Below, piece after piece: positions 28,557-37,099 of a stretch of DNA of 43,044 nucleotides. The notes beneath the pieces are model-generated. The model was not told the DNA's origin. It saw only the letters and a list, made by a program, of their open reading frames with translations, and searched no databases. Position 1 is the first letter of the stretch. Each line of letters opens with the position of its first letter. The translations under genes were made by a program, and so were the position numbers. The stretch is from Polyangia bacterium (lineage in GTDB: Bacteria; Myxococcota_A; Polyangia; Fen-1088): the NCBI GenBank assembly GCA_036271915.1, contig DATAZS010000509.1, positions 1 through 43,044 of the forward strand. The letters run 5' to 3'.

Positions 28557-29861
28557 GTGCGAAGCGGCATGCGATCATCTTGGAAAATGGTGCTCGTCGC
28601 CGTGTCGGCCTCTGCGTGCGGGCGGTCGGCCCTTTTTGAACCCGTGAGCACGACGAGCGGCGGCGGTGCGGGGGATGCGAACGGCGCCCGTCCGACGACG
28701 GACGCTGCGAGCTCCGACGCGGGCGTGATCGTCGACGCCGCGAGCTCCGACGCGCGTCCGACCGTCGACGCGGCGATCGACGCGCCCGGCGACCTCGCCG
28801 ACGCGCGCGTCGACGGCGGTCGCATCCCCTACCGCGCGCTCGCCGTGGCGACCGGCGAGGTCCACACGTGCGCCGTCCTCGACGATCACAACGTGAAGTG
28901 CTGGGGCGACAACTCGTACGGCCAATTGGGGTACGGCGACGCCGTCCGACGTGGCGGTTCGCCCTCAGACATGGGCGACAACTTACCGACGGTCGACCTT
29001 GGCACGGGGCGTACGGCGACGGCGATCGCGGCCGGCCGATATTCGACGTGTGCGATCTTGGATGACGGCTCGCTGAGGTGTTGGGGTTGGGCAGGGCTGC
29101 TGGGCAACGGCGTCGGCCTGGATCGGAACGTCGGCGACGCGCCGGGCGAGATGGGAGACCACCTGCCCGCGCTCGACTTCGAGGGCCGAAAGGCGGTCCA
29201 CCTCGCTATGGGGAACGACTCGGCCTGCGCTTCGATGGACGACGACACGATCTGGTGTTGGGACGGCAACAAGCCGTGGTTTCAGTTCTGGCTGCCGACG
29301 AAGGAGGTGAGCGCGCTCGCACCCACGGGGGACGGGACCTTCGCCCTATACGCCGACGGGTCGGTGAGCCCACAGCTGCCGAACGGAACGGTCCCGTTGT
29401 TCACGTCCGCTTCCGAGGTACTCGCGGTGGCTGGATCTGCGGGGAACGCACCCACCTGTTATCTCCTCGCCGACCACACGACGACCTGTATGGAAGGAGG
29501 AGCGACGCGGCGCGAGTCATCCAACGCGCTCGCCATCGGCGTCGAGCTCGACGGCGGCCTCTGCTCCGCTCTGTCGGACGGATCCGTTCAGTGCGACGCT
29601 CAGCGCTGCGTTTCCCCGACGAACTATCCGTGCACGAGCGATGGCGCCTTCGTCCTCGGCGCGCCCGCCGTCGCCGTGACCAGCAACGGGACCAACTTCG
29701 CGTGTGCCCTGTTGGTGGGCGGACAGATCAAGTGTTGGGACGGAAGCCCGATCGGGACCTCGCCCGCGTGGCTCGGCAGCGAGCTCGACGCCACGACGCT
29801 CGCCGACGGTGGCGTCGCCTACGGTCCGTGGCACGCCGTCGCCCTCGGCATGCATCCGTGA
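28557..29861 (+). CDS. Secreted RCC1-repeat (beta-propeller) lipoprotein
   Basis: Signal/lipobox MVLVAVSASACG. RCC1 signatures HTCAVLDDHNVKCWGDNSYGQLGYGD and STCAILDDGSLRCWGW recur along the protein. ATG 28569 is an alternative to GTG 28557. Confidence 0.85.
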   Translation: MRSGMRSSWKMVLVAVSASACGRSALFEPVSTTSGGGAGDANGARPTTDAASSDAGVIVDAASSDARPTVDAAIDAPGDLADARVDGGRIPYRALAVATGEVHTCAVLDDHNVKCWGDNSYGQLGYGDAVRRGGSPSDMGDNLPTVDLGTGRTATAIAAGRYSTCAILDDGSLRCWGWAGLLGNGVGLDRNVGDAPGEMGDHLPALDFEGRKAVHLAMGNDSACASMDDDTIWCWDGNKPWFQFWLPTKEVSALAPTGDGTFALYADGSVSPQLPNGTVPLFTSASEVLAVAGSAGNAPTCYLLADHTTTCMEGGATRRESSNALAIGVELDGGLCSALSDGSVQCDAQRCVSPTNYPCTSDGAFVLGAPAVAVTSNGTNFACALLVGGQIKCWDGSPIGTSPAWLGSELDATTLADGGVAYGPWHAVALGMHP

Positions 29862-29877
29862 CCGGACCCCCGCAGCC

Positions 29878-31413
29878 TCACTGCGGCAGCGTGAACACGC
29901 GGATCTGATTGTTGCCGCTGTCGGACACGTAGATGAGACCGCGCTTGTCGACGGCGACGCCGCTCGGTCCCTTGAGCGGATTGGCGGCCGTGCCGGCGAG
30001 GACGGACTTGGCGTTGCCCGTCGTGTCGAAGACCTGGACGTCGGCGTTGCCCGTGTCGACGACGAAGATGCGGTTCGACGCGTCGATCGCGACGGCGTAC
30101 GGTTCGTTCAAAGAGCCCAGCGCTTGCGTGGTCCCGAACGTTCCGTACTGCGCGACGAAGGCGCCGGCGGTCGTGAACTTCGCGAGCGCGTGAAGGTAGT
30201 AGTCGGCGATCCAGACGTTGCCCGTCTGATCGAGCGCGAGCCCGACGGTGCCCGCGAGGCTGCCGCCCGCGCCTCCGTCGGGCGTCACGGACGTCGAGAA
30301 TTGCTTCACGAGCTTCCCTGTCCCGTCGAGCTCGATGACCTGGCTGTTCCCGTCGTTGGCGATCCACAGATTGCCTTGGGCGTCCGAGGCGATCTGGGCG
30401 GGATCGCTGACCGTGACCGTCGGGTCCACGGTGAAGGTGAGCTGGTTCGCGGCCGCGTTGTCGAACTCGAGGATCCGGTTCGCGCCGTAGTCGCTCACGA
30501 AGATGTGGCCGCTCGGATCCTCGGTGACGCCCACGCCGTTCGTGAGCATCGTCGCGCCCGTGTCGGCGAAGGTCTTCAGGTAGTTCCCGTTCTTGTCGAG
30601 CTCGACGACGCTGCCCGTGAAGCAGGCCACGAGGATGTTCCCCGTGACGGGCTCGATGTAGATGTTCTGCGGCGACGTGAGGTGCCCGTCGCCGCTGAAC
30701 ACCTGCGCGGTGCCGGCGTCGCCGCCGTCGCCGGGCTGCGCGCCGCCGTCGCTCGTGTCGGCCGCGAGGCACACGCCTTCGAGACACGTCCCACCGTTCG
30801 GGCACGCGGTCCCCGTGACCTGCAGCGGCTGCTTCGTGCTCGTGTCGATGAAGGTCGTCGCCGTGTCGCAGGCGATCTGGTTCTCCATGCCGCTTGCGTA
30901 GGGTGGCAGGCGCCACGAGGCGATCGTCTCTGGTTGGCAGCGGCCTTCGATGCACGTGTCGCCGGCACCGCAATCGAACATCTGCTCGCAGGCCGAGACG
31001 ACGCCCAGCCGCACGAACAGCGTCTGCTCAGGAATCAGGCTCAGCACGGCGGAACGCTCTACCAGTTTCGCGCCGTGATCGTCGGACGCCGTCAAGAGGA
31101 CCCGCACGCGATCCGCGCCGCCGTTGGCCGAATAGACGCCGTAGGTTCCCGGCAGCTCGTACACCTCGTCGAGGGTCCCGGAGATCGTGAGATCTTGCTC
31201 GTCGGCCACCACGGTCGACGTCGGCGGGTTGAACACCTGCAGCGTCACCGAGCGCAACGGGGCCGGCGCGTCGACGTCGGTGGCGAGGCCCAGGATGATC
31301 TCGGTGCGCTTCTTCGCCGCGCAGCCGGTCAGCGCGAGCGCGACGGCGAGCGCGCCGACGATCCACCGCGAAGTTCCAGAGCTCATCGTCGTCGTCGTCG
31401 TCGTCATCGTCAT
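29878..31413 (-). CDS. NHL-repeat lipoprotein with an N-terminal poly-Thr run
   Basis: The start MTMTTTTTTMSSGTSRWIVGALAVALALTGC (ATG 31413; alternatives 31407 and 31386) lies 8 nt after the upstream stop. NHL blades: GHIFVSDYGANRILEFD, GNLWIANDGNSQVIELD, NRIFVVDTGNADVQVFD, GLIYVSDSGNNQIRVF. The track start at 31545 overlaps the upstream gene and is rejected. Confidence 0.88.
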   Translation of the reverse strand: MTMTTTTTTMSSGTSRWIVGALAVALALTGCAAKKRTEIILGLATDVDAPAPLRSVTLQVFNPPTSTVVADEQDLTISGTLDEVYELPGTYGVYSANGGADRVRVLLTASDDHGAKLVERSAVLSLIPEQTLFVRLGVVSACEQMFDCGAGDTCIEGRCQPETIASWRLPPYASGMENQIACDTATTFIDTSTKQPLQVTGTACPNGGTCLEGVCLAADTSDGGAQPGDGGDAGTAQVFSGDGHLTSPQNIYIEPVTGNILVACFTGSVVELDKNGNYLKTFADTGATMLTNGVGVTEDPSGHIFVSDYGANRILEFDNAAANQLTFTVDPTVTVSDPAQIASDAQGNLWIANDGNSQVIELDGTGKLVKQFSTSVTPDGGAGGSLAGTVGLALDQTGNVWIADYYLHALAKFTTAGAFVAQYGTFGTTQALGSLNEPYAVAIDASNRIFVVDTGNADVQVFDTTGNAKSVLAGTAANPLKGPSGVAVDKRGLIYVSDSGNNQIRVFTLPQ

Positions 31414-31421
31414 TCTAGAGC

Positions 31422-32405
31422 TCACGGAGCGCCGTTGCTGTTGCCGATCCCCAGCGAGCCGATGATCGGACCCTGCGTGGAGCGCGGCCAGACGGCGATC
31501 GTGACGGCGGCCGCCGCGACGACGCCCACGCCCGCCCACAACCACCAGCGGCGATAGAGCGGCCGCGTGTCGGGCTCAGCCCGCGGCGACTCGAGCGTCA
31601 CGGTGACCGTCCGTGATTGCCCGGCGGCCACGGTGAGCTCGCTCCGATCGGGCGCGTAGCCCGGCGCCGAGACCTCGACCTGATGGCCGCCGACGGCGAG
31701 CTCGACCTCGACGGGCGACGATCCGACGTCCTTGCCGTCGATCGCGACGCGCGCGCCGAGCTGCGTGGCCGCGATCTTGATGCGCGCCGTGTGCGGAATC
31801 TCTGCCAGCACGAGCGAGAGCGTCTGCGGCGTTCCCGCGACGACGGTGAGCGCGCGCTTGTCGCCCGTGTAGCCGCGCGCCGAGGCCTCGACGACGTGGG
31901 TCCCCGGCGACAGCTTGACGATGCCCTCGATGCCCAGCGTGACCGCCCGCCCGTCGACGACAACGGCGGCGTCGGCCGGCCGCACGACGATCGTCACGTC
32001 GGCGAGGAGACTCTTGAGCTCGCTCACGACGCGCTCGACGTCGAGCCTTCGCTCCTTCGAGATCTTCGGACCGCTCTCGCCGAGGTACCGATCGAGCGCG
32101 TCGACGGCCTCGCTGTAGCGAAACAGCGCCTTGTACGTCAACCCGAGGTTGTAGAGCACCACGGGCTCGTGCGAGATCCCGTACGCGCCGAGGAACTCGG
32201 CGAGCGCGGCGTCGTAGTTTCGATCCTGATAAAGCGCGACGCCTTGCTGAAAGTGCAGTCGCGCCGCGGCCGCGCTCGAAGCGAGAGTCGCAGGGGACAC
32301 GACCGCGGGGGCGTCGCCCGCCGTCGCCGCGCGCGCGGACGGCACGACGAGCGCGCTCGTCACGCAGACGAGGACCAGCAGATTGAGATGTCGCGCCTTC
32401 ATCAC
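31422..32405 (-). CDS. TPR + tandem PEGA-domain protein with a C-terminal membrane anchor
   Basis: Signal peptide MMKARHLNLLVLVCVTSALVVPSARA. TPR-like segment (HFQQGVALYQDRNYDAALAEF). Two PEGA-like modules (VVVDGRAVTLG...GTHVVEASARGY and VAIDGKDVGSSP...GGHQVEVSAPGY). TM segment WWLWAGVGVVAAAAVTIAVW. Confidence 0.88.
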   Translation of the reverse strand: MMKARHLNLLVLVCVTSALVVPSARAATAGDAPAVVSPATLASSAAAARLHFQQGVALYQDRNYDAALAEFLGAYGISHEPVVLYNLGLTYKALFRYSEAVDALDRYLGESGPKISKERRLDVERVVSELKSLLADVTIVVRPADAAVVVDGRAVTLGIEGIVKLSPGTHVVEASARGYTGDKRALTVVAGTPQTLSLVLAEIPHTARIKIAATQLGARVAIDGKDVGSSPVEVELAVGGHQVEVSAPGYAPDRSELTVAAGQSRTVTVTLESPRAEPDTRPLYRRWWLWAGVGVVAAAAVTIAVWPRSTQGPIIGSLGIGNSNGAP

Positions 32406-32476
32406 CTTCTTCGCACGCGCGACAATAGCGGTCCGCCCCGTCGGTCACAAGGCCGCCGCGGGTTTGCGCCCGACGG

Positions 32477-32749
32477 TTAGACGGCGTTCTCGGCGGCCCT
32501 GGTCCCCGCGTCTGGGATTGCCTTCTTCACGAGGTCCGGAACGCGCCGAAGGCCGTTGCCGATGTCCTCGCGGAGCCCGCTGCCGGATTTGGGCGCGAGG
32601 AGCAGGGCCGCGACTCCTCCCGTCAACGCGCCGACGAGAAATGCGCCGCCGAAGCTGAGCAGTCGCTCGGTCACGGTTTGTCGCGTCGCGAGGCCGATCG
32701 CCGCGAGAAGATCGTCGGATTTGAGCTTCGTGATGTCAGTGAGGTCCAT
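32477..32749 (-). CDS. YtxH-domain small membrane-associated protein
   Basis: 90 aa. The hallmark GGAFLVGALTGGVAALLLAPKSGSGLREDI matches the YtxH motif (G-rich helix followed by APKSGxxLR). Confidence 0.8.
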   Translation of the reverse strand: MDLTDITKLKSDDLLAAIGLATRQTVTERLLSFGGAFLVGALTGGVAALLLAPKSGSGLREDIGNGLRRVPDLVKKAIPDAGTRAAENAV

Positions 32750-32765
32750 GGTTTATGTCCTTGTT

Positions 32766-33143
32766 TCAGGTCTGAGGTTCGGGGGTAATGGTCGAAGCTG
32801 ATCGCGCGCGGCGCTGATTGTGCCGATGCGAAGACGCGTCTTCGTCGTCGTCTTCGTCATCTTCACGTCGACCGCCGGCGAGCTCGGCGGCGATCACGGG
32901 CAGCACGACGAGGCGCGCGCCAAATGAAATGAAGCGAAGCGTGAGCCGGGAGAACAGGCCGCCCGCCAAGAGGTATCCGGCGCCCGCTGCGACAGCCAAA
33001 GTGCGGAACGGGTGGAGCTCGAGCTCGCGCGTCACGGCGTCGCGCAGATCGATCACGCGATTCCTCCCCGCCGAAATTCGCTCGGCGACGAGACCCAAGA
33101 CCTCGGCCACCGGAGCCAGCGGATCGTCGACTTTGATCATCAT
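32766..33143 (-). CDS. DUF883/ElaB-like membrane-anchored protein with an acidic tail
   Basis: I prefer the start at ATG 33143 (MMIKVDDPL); the track start is at 33173. ELELHPFRTLAVAAGAGYLLAGGLF resembles the DUF883 C-terminal anchor. A second hydrophobic segment and an REDDEDDDEDASS tail follow. Confidence 0.65.
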   Translation of the reverse strand: MMIKVDDPLAPVAEVLGLVAERISAGRNRVIDLRDAVTRELELHPFRTLAVAAGAGYLLAGGLFSRLTLRFISFGARLVVLPVIAAELAGGRREDDEDDDEDASSHRHNQRRARSASTITPEPQT

Positions 33144-33228
33144 GACGTGGTTAGTGAGCACGCCGCATGCCACTCGGCGAACCGAGCCGAAGCCTGGATC
33201 GGCGCTGTTTCACGGCGGTTCCCGCGAG

Positions 33229-33263
33229 AACGGGAGGACGCGGTGGCACCGTAACCTCCCGTT
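33229..33263. other. Perfect 9-bp stem hairpin AACGGGAGG-N17-CCTCCCGTT in a divergent intergenic region
   Basis: Read directly. The loop has an inner GGTG/CACC stem. The left arm (CGGGA) can instead pair with TCCCG at 33220-33224. Confidence 0.4.
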
Positions 33264-33369
33264 CGAGAGGTGAGCGATAACGTCCGGTGACCTCCCGCGG
33301 CCACTCGTTGGCCGGCCGAGCGCGCGCTCTTGCGTGAATTCGTCGCCGGTGGCTCCATGAGGGATCTCC

Positions 33370-33999
33370 ATGCGGTCGTCGGTGAGGTTGCTGCTGTTGC
33401 TGACCTGCTCGTTGGCCTGGGTCGCTTGTGGGAGGTTGCCGCTCGCCGGGCCTCCGACGGGCTCGGGTGGAGCGAACGGTTCGGCTGGCGGCGCGACGGG
33501 AACCGCGGGCGCCGGTCGCGTGCCGTCCGTGCACCGACCGACGGCCGCAGCATGTCCCAGGCTCGCCGCGCCGACCTCGACGGTATGCGCGCTGGCTTCC
33601 TTCAATCCGCAGGGGGACTGCACGGACGCCTCCGATTGTCAGGCGGGGATCGACGGACGCTGCGTCGGCTCGCTGCCCTCCGGCCGCTGCAGTTGCACCT
33701 ACGACGCGTGCTTCTCCGACGGCGAATGTCCGGGCGGCGAGGTGTGCGCGTGCAGCGGCTCGTTCAGTGGAAACGCGTGCGTCGCGAGCGCGTGCTACGT
33801 CGACGCCGACTGCGGTGCCTCGGGCTTTTGCGCGCCCGAGATCGACCACTGCACGAGCGCGGTGCTCGGCTACTTTTGTCGAACGGCGAAGGACACCTGC
33901 ACGGACGACAGCGACTGCGGCACGGGCTCTCGCTGCGAACGCAGCCCGGACGCCGGGATCTGGGCGTGCCGGTTGTCGTTTGACGGCTGCCCTCTTTAG
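33370..33999 (+). CDS. Secreted Cys-rich lipoprotein
   Basis: Signal/lipobox MRSSVRLLLLLTCSLAWVACG, a Gly-rich linker, then about 24 Cys in motifs such as GDCTDASDCQAG, DGECPGGEVCAC, DADCGASGFCAP and DSDCGTGSRCE. Confidence 0.85.
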   Translation: MRSSVRLLLLLTCSLAWVACGRLPLAGPPTGSGGANGSAGGATGTAGAGRVPSVHRPTAAACPRLAAPTSTVCALASFNPQGDCTDASDCQAGIDGRCVGSLPSGRCSCTYDACFSDGECPGGEVCACSGSFSGNACVASACYVDADCGASGFCAPEIDHCTSAVLGYFCRTAKDTCTDDSDCGTGSRCERSPDAGIWACRLSFDGCPL

Positions 34000-34029
34000 C
34001 GGCGTCTCAGTCGCGCCTGCACGGGGCAA

Positions 34030-34833
34030 TTACCCGAGCGTCGGATCGACGAGGACGTCGATTCGACAGAGCTCCTCGAAGCCGCACCTCGCGAGGATGG
34101 GGCGGGACATGGCGCCGGCCTGGATCGCGAGCCCGGGCTTGCCCATCGCCACGGCCGCCTCCCAGCGCGAAGCGACGAGCGCGCGATACGCCCCGCGCCC
34201 ACGGAACTCGGGCAGCACGGCGCTGCCGGCGAGGAGGACCGCCGCCGCGCCCGGCGCCGCGAAGCCGAAGCCGGCGACGTGGCCGTCGACGAACGCGATG
34301 TGCGTCTGCTGCGCGACGCCGCTCACGTGCTCCCAGATCGCGGGTGCGGACTTCATCCAATTCGCGATGTCCTCGTCCGACATCTCGCTGGCCCTCAGGC
34401 CAGCGTGCAGCGCGCGCGCATACTCGTCGTAGCTCGCGACGAGCCGCGCCTCGACGCCGGGCGAAGGCGCGCGCGCGGGCGGCGGTCGCGTCAACGTCAT
34501 GGCCGTGTAGGTCGGTTCGAACGGCGGCTCGTTCGAGGGCGTGAAGCCGCGCTCGACGAGGAGCTGAACGATCTCGGCGGGGCGAGACGAGGGCCCGAGG
34601 TACCACCGGCAGCCGATGTACCCGTGCTCGCGCAAGAGGGAGCGGACCTCGGCGATCGTGGCGTCGAGCGCGGCGGCGGTCGTGCGCACGCGCGACACCG
34701 ACGTGTGCGTCGGCGTCGGAGAGAGCCCGAGCGTGAAGTTGGGCCGCACGAAGCGCTGACTCGGCGGCGGCAGCTCCGGCACCTCGTGGTGCGGCTCTTC
34801 TGCGAAGCTTGCGATGGCGTTCGACGTGGGCAT
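34030..34833 (-). CDS. GNAT-family N-acetyltransferase
   Basis: Internal ATG 34833 (MPTSNAIASF). Acetyl-CoA binding motif VLPEFRGRGAYRALV. The upstream 78 codons of the track ORF are Arg/Ser junk. Confidence 0.8.
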   Translation of the reverse strand: MPTSNAIASFAEEPHHEVPELPPPSQRFVRPNFTLGLSPTPTHTSVSRVRTTAAALDATIAEVRSLLREHGYIGCRWYLGPSSRPAEIVQLLVERGFTPSNEPPFEPTYTAMTLTRPPPARAPSPGVEARLVASYDEYARALHAGLRASEMSDEDIANWMKSAPAIWEHVSGVAQQTHIAFVDGHVAGFGFAAPGAAAVLLAGSAVLPEFRGRGAYRALVASRWEAAVAMGKPGLAIQAGAMSRPILARCGFEELCRIDVLVDPTLG

Positions 34834-34918
34834 CCCGCGACACGATCTCACGTCGACGGGTGCGCGCGCAAAGGTGGACGAATCAGGCCCGCAATCGGCC
34901 TGCCGCGCGCACCGTCCG

Positions 34919-35374
34919 TCACAGGCCGTGCTGCGCGAGCCGCGCCTCGAGCGTCGCCTTCGGGACGGCGCCCCGGATCTCGTCGACGAGCGCGCCGCCG
35001 CGGAAGAGGGCGAGCGTCGGGATCGAGCGGACGGAGAAGCGCGCCGACAGCGCGGGGTTCTCGTCAACGTTGACCTTCGCGATCTTGAGGCGGCCCGTTC
35101 GCTCGCCCGCGAGCTGCTCGAGCATGGGCGCGACCGCGCGGCAGGGGCCGCACCAGGGCGCCCAGAAGTCGACGAGGACGGGGACGTCGGCTTGCTCGAC
35201 CTCGGCGCGGAAGCTCTGATCGGTCACGACGACGGGGTGCGCCGACGCCGAGGCCGACAGGGGCGCGTGGCAACGGCCGCTCTGCGGGTGGTCGGCCTGG
35301 CGCGATGCGGGAACGCGGTTCTTCGCGCCGCACTTCGCGCACACGCGGATGTTGGTCTCCTGGGCGACGTTCAT
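34919..35374 (-). CDS. trxC: Thioredoxin with an N-terminal zinc-finger-like extension (TrxC / thioredoxin-2 type)
   Basis: Internal ATG 35374 (MNVAQETNIRVCAKCGAKNRV). Active site FWAPWCGPC. The architecture resembles E. coli TrxC, but the second CxxC is degenerate (SGRCH). Confidence 0.88.
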   Translation of the reverse strand: MNVAQETNIRVCAKCGAKNRVPASRQADHPQSGRCHAPLSASASAHPVVVTDQSFRAEVEQADVPVLVDFWAPWCGPCRAVAPMLEQLAGERTGRLKIAKVNVDENPALSARFSVRSIPTLALFRGGALVDEIRGAVPKATLEARLAQHGL

Positions 35375-35560
35375 GGTGCCCTCAGATAAGCACCGTTCGT
35401 GAGCGGTCAACGCGACGTGGGGCCGAGGATGAACGAGAAGAGGTCGCGGTTGCCGGGCTGCTCGTATCCGGCTTGGCCTGTACGCTCCACCGGAACGCAA
35501 GCGACGGCGTCAGCGATCGAGGGCGTGGCAGAAAGCGGCTGGCGTGGCAGATTGAACCCG

Positions 35561-37096
35561 ATGGCCGATGTCCCCCTGAGCGCGCGCAGCGCCGCCGCGA
35601 TCCTCGAGCCGCGTCTGGCCGGTTTTCGCGGCGATTTGACGGTCGCCGACGGATCGGCGCGCGGCGGGCTCGCGCTGCGGGACGCCGAGGTCGGGCTACG
35701 CTGGCTCGCGAGCGAGCGCGGCGGCCAGCTCAAGGCCACCGAGAACGGCGAGCTGCTCTATTCGTTCCCGCGCGGGTTGGCGAAGCCGCCGGGCGCGCGC
35801 GGCCTCGCGCGCGCGCTGCGGGCGACGGGCCGTGCCCTCGCGAGCGTGGGCCGGTTCGTCGTGCGCGCGTGGGTGTCGGTCGTCATGGTGACCTACGCCG
35901 TGGGCTTCGTCGCCGTCGCGATCGCGCTCGCGAGCTCGCGCGAGGGCGAAGGCGCGGGCGACGCGATCGCGGGCGTGCTCGACGTGGTCTTCGAGGCGCT
36001 CTACTGGACGTTCCACCCGTTCTCGCCCGTGAACTGGGGCCGCGCGCCGGGCTGGATCGTGACCGGGCGAAGGCGCAAGCGCGGGCTGCCGTTCTACGAG
36101 CGCGTGAACCGGTTCGTCTTCGGGCCGCCGCCCGTCGTCGAGGATCCGCGCGAGCGCGAGCGGCGCGTGCTCGACGAGATCCGCCGCCTCGACGGACGCG
36201 TGGGGCCAGGCGATCTCATGCGCGTCACGGGCGCGGATCGCGAGTCGGCCGAGCGCGATCTGTTGCGGCTCGTCGTCGACTACGACGGCGACATCGAGGT
36301 CAGCGACGACGGCGCCATCGTCTATGTCTTCAAGGCGCTGCGCACGACGGCCGTCGAGCGGCGCGCGCTGCCGGTGTCGCCGGCGTGGAGCGAGCGGCGC
36401 GCGCTGCCGCCGCTCACGGGCAACGGGGCGTCGACGAACCTGCTGCTGGGCGCGCTCAATGGGTTCAACGTCATGATGAGCGGCTTCGCCGTCGCGGGCG
36501 GCGTCACGATCGAACGGCTCTTCCAGATCGTCGAGCACGCGCGCCTCGTGGCGGCGCTCGGGCCCGACGCGCCGCCGCTCATGGCCGCGCACGGCGTTCC
36601 GCTGCTGCTCGGCTGGATCCCGCTCGTGTTCTCGTCGGGGCTCTTCCTGCTGCCCGCGCGTCGGCTGCTCGGCCGACGGAAGCAGCGCGCGGCGATCGCC
36701 GCCGAGAACGGGAAGCGCGCGCTCATGCGCCTCGTCCTCGCCGAGCCGGGCGCCCCCGAGCTCACGCCGGGCGTCGCGCGGCACGCGTGGGTGGCGGCCA
36801 CGGGGCTCAAAGATTCGGACGCGCTCACGCCGCAGATCGAGGCCGCCGTGCGCGCGCTCGGCGGCGAGATCGATCTCTCGACGGCCGGCGCCGTCGTCTA
36901 TCGCTTCTCGACCGAGGCACGCGAGCGGCGCGCGCTCGGCGTCTTGCGCGCGCAGGCGCCAGTCGCCGAGGCGCTGCCTGGCGCCGTCGTGTTCTCGTCG
37001 GGGAGCGAGCAAGGCGAGGGCGACGAGGCCGACGTGCTCGACGACGCGGGCGCGCGGGCGCTCATCGAGGCCGCGCGCGATCGTCGCGGGAACTGA
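35561..37096 (+). CDS. Hypothetical multi-pass membrane protein with three repeated soluble modules
   Basis: ATG 35561 (MADVPLSARSAAAILE); the track start 35399 adds 54 junk residues. Hydrophobic segments VRAWVSVVMVTYAVGFVAVAIALA and VPLLLGWIPLVFSSGLFLLPA. There are three modules ending in NGELLYSF, DGAIVYVF and AGAVVYRF. Confidence 0.72.
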   Translation: MADVPLSARSAAAILEPRLAGFRGDLTVADGSARGGLALRDAEVGLRWLASERGGQLKATENGELLYSFPRGLAKPPGARGLARALRATGRALASVGRFVVRAWVSVVMVTYAVGFVAVAIALASSREGEGAGDAIAGVLDVVFEALYWTFHPFSPVNWGRAPGWIVTGRRRKRGLPFYERVNRFVFGPPPVVEDPRERERRVLDEIRRLDGRVGPGDLMRVTGADRESAERDLLRLVVDYDGDIEVSDDGAIVYVFKALRTTAVERRALPVSPAWSERRALPPLTGNGASTNLLLGALNGFNVMMSGFAVAGGVTIERLFQIVEHARLVAALGPDAPPLMAAHGVPLLLGWIPLVFSSGLFLLPARRLLGRRKQRAAIAAENGKRALMRLVLAEPGAPELTPGVARHAWVAATGLKDSDALTPQIEAAVRALGGEIDLSTAGAVVYRFSTEARERRALGVLRAQAPVAEALPGAVVFSSGSEQGEGDEADVLDDAGARALIEAARDRRGN

Positions 37097-37099
37097 GCG

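Noticed and set aside
29704-31557. A plus-strand 617-aa ORF, the minus-strand ORF 29819..30973, and the 44-codon N-terminal extension of the NHL gene to 31545.
   Set aside because: The first two are shadow frames. The extension overlaps the upstream PEGA gene and is Arg/Gly junk. The lipoprotein signal peptide starts right after ATG 31413.
33244-33249. TGGCAC, a perfect sigma-54 -24 hexamer, in the hairpin loop. Also TGGCA-like strings at about 15807-15812 and 16731-16735.
   Set aside because: There is no GC/TTGC -12 element at the required GG-N10-GC spacing in any of the three cases.
35376-35391. A third partial copy of the CAGATAAG motif (GTGCCCTCAGATAAGC), inside a GGTGC/GCACC stem next to the trxC start.
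   Set aside because: Only about 12 of 16 positions match copies A and B. It overlaps the trxC RBS region on the other strand. This is too weak to count as a third site.
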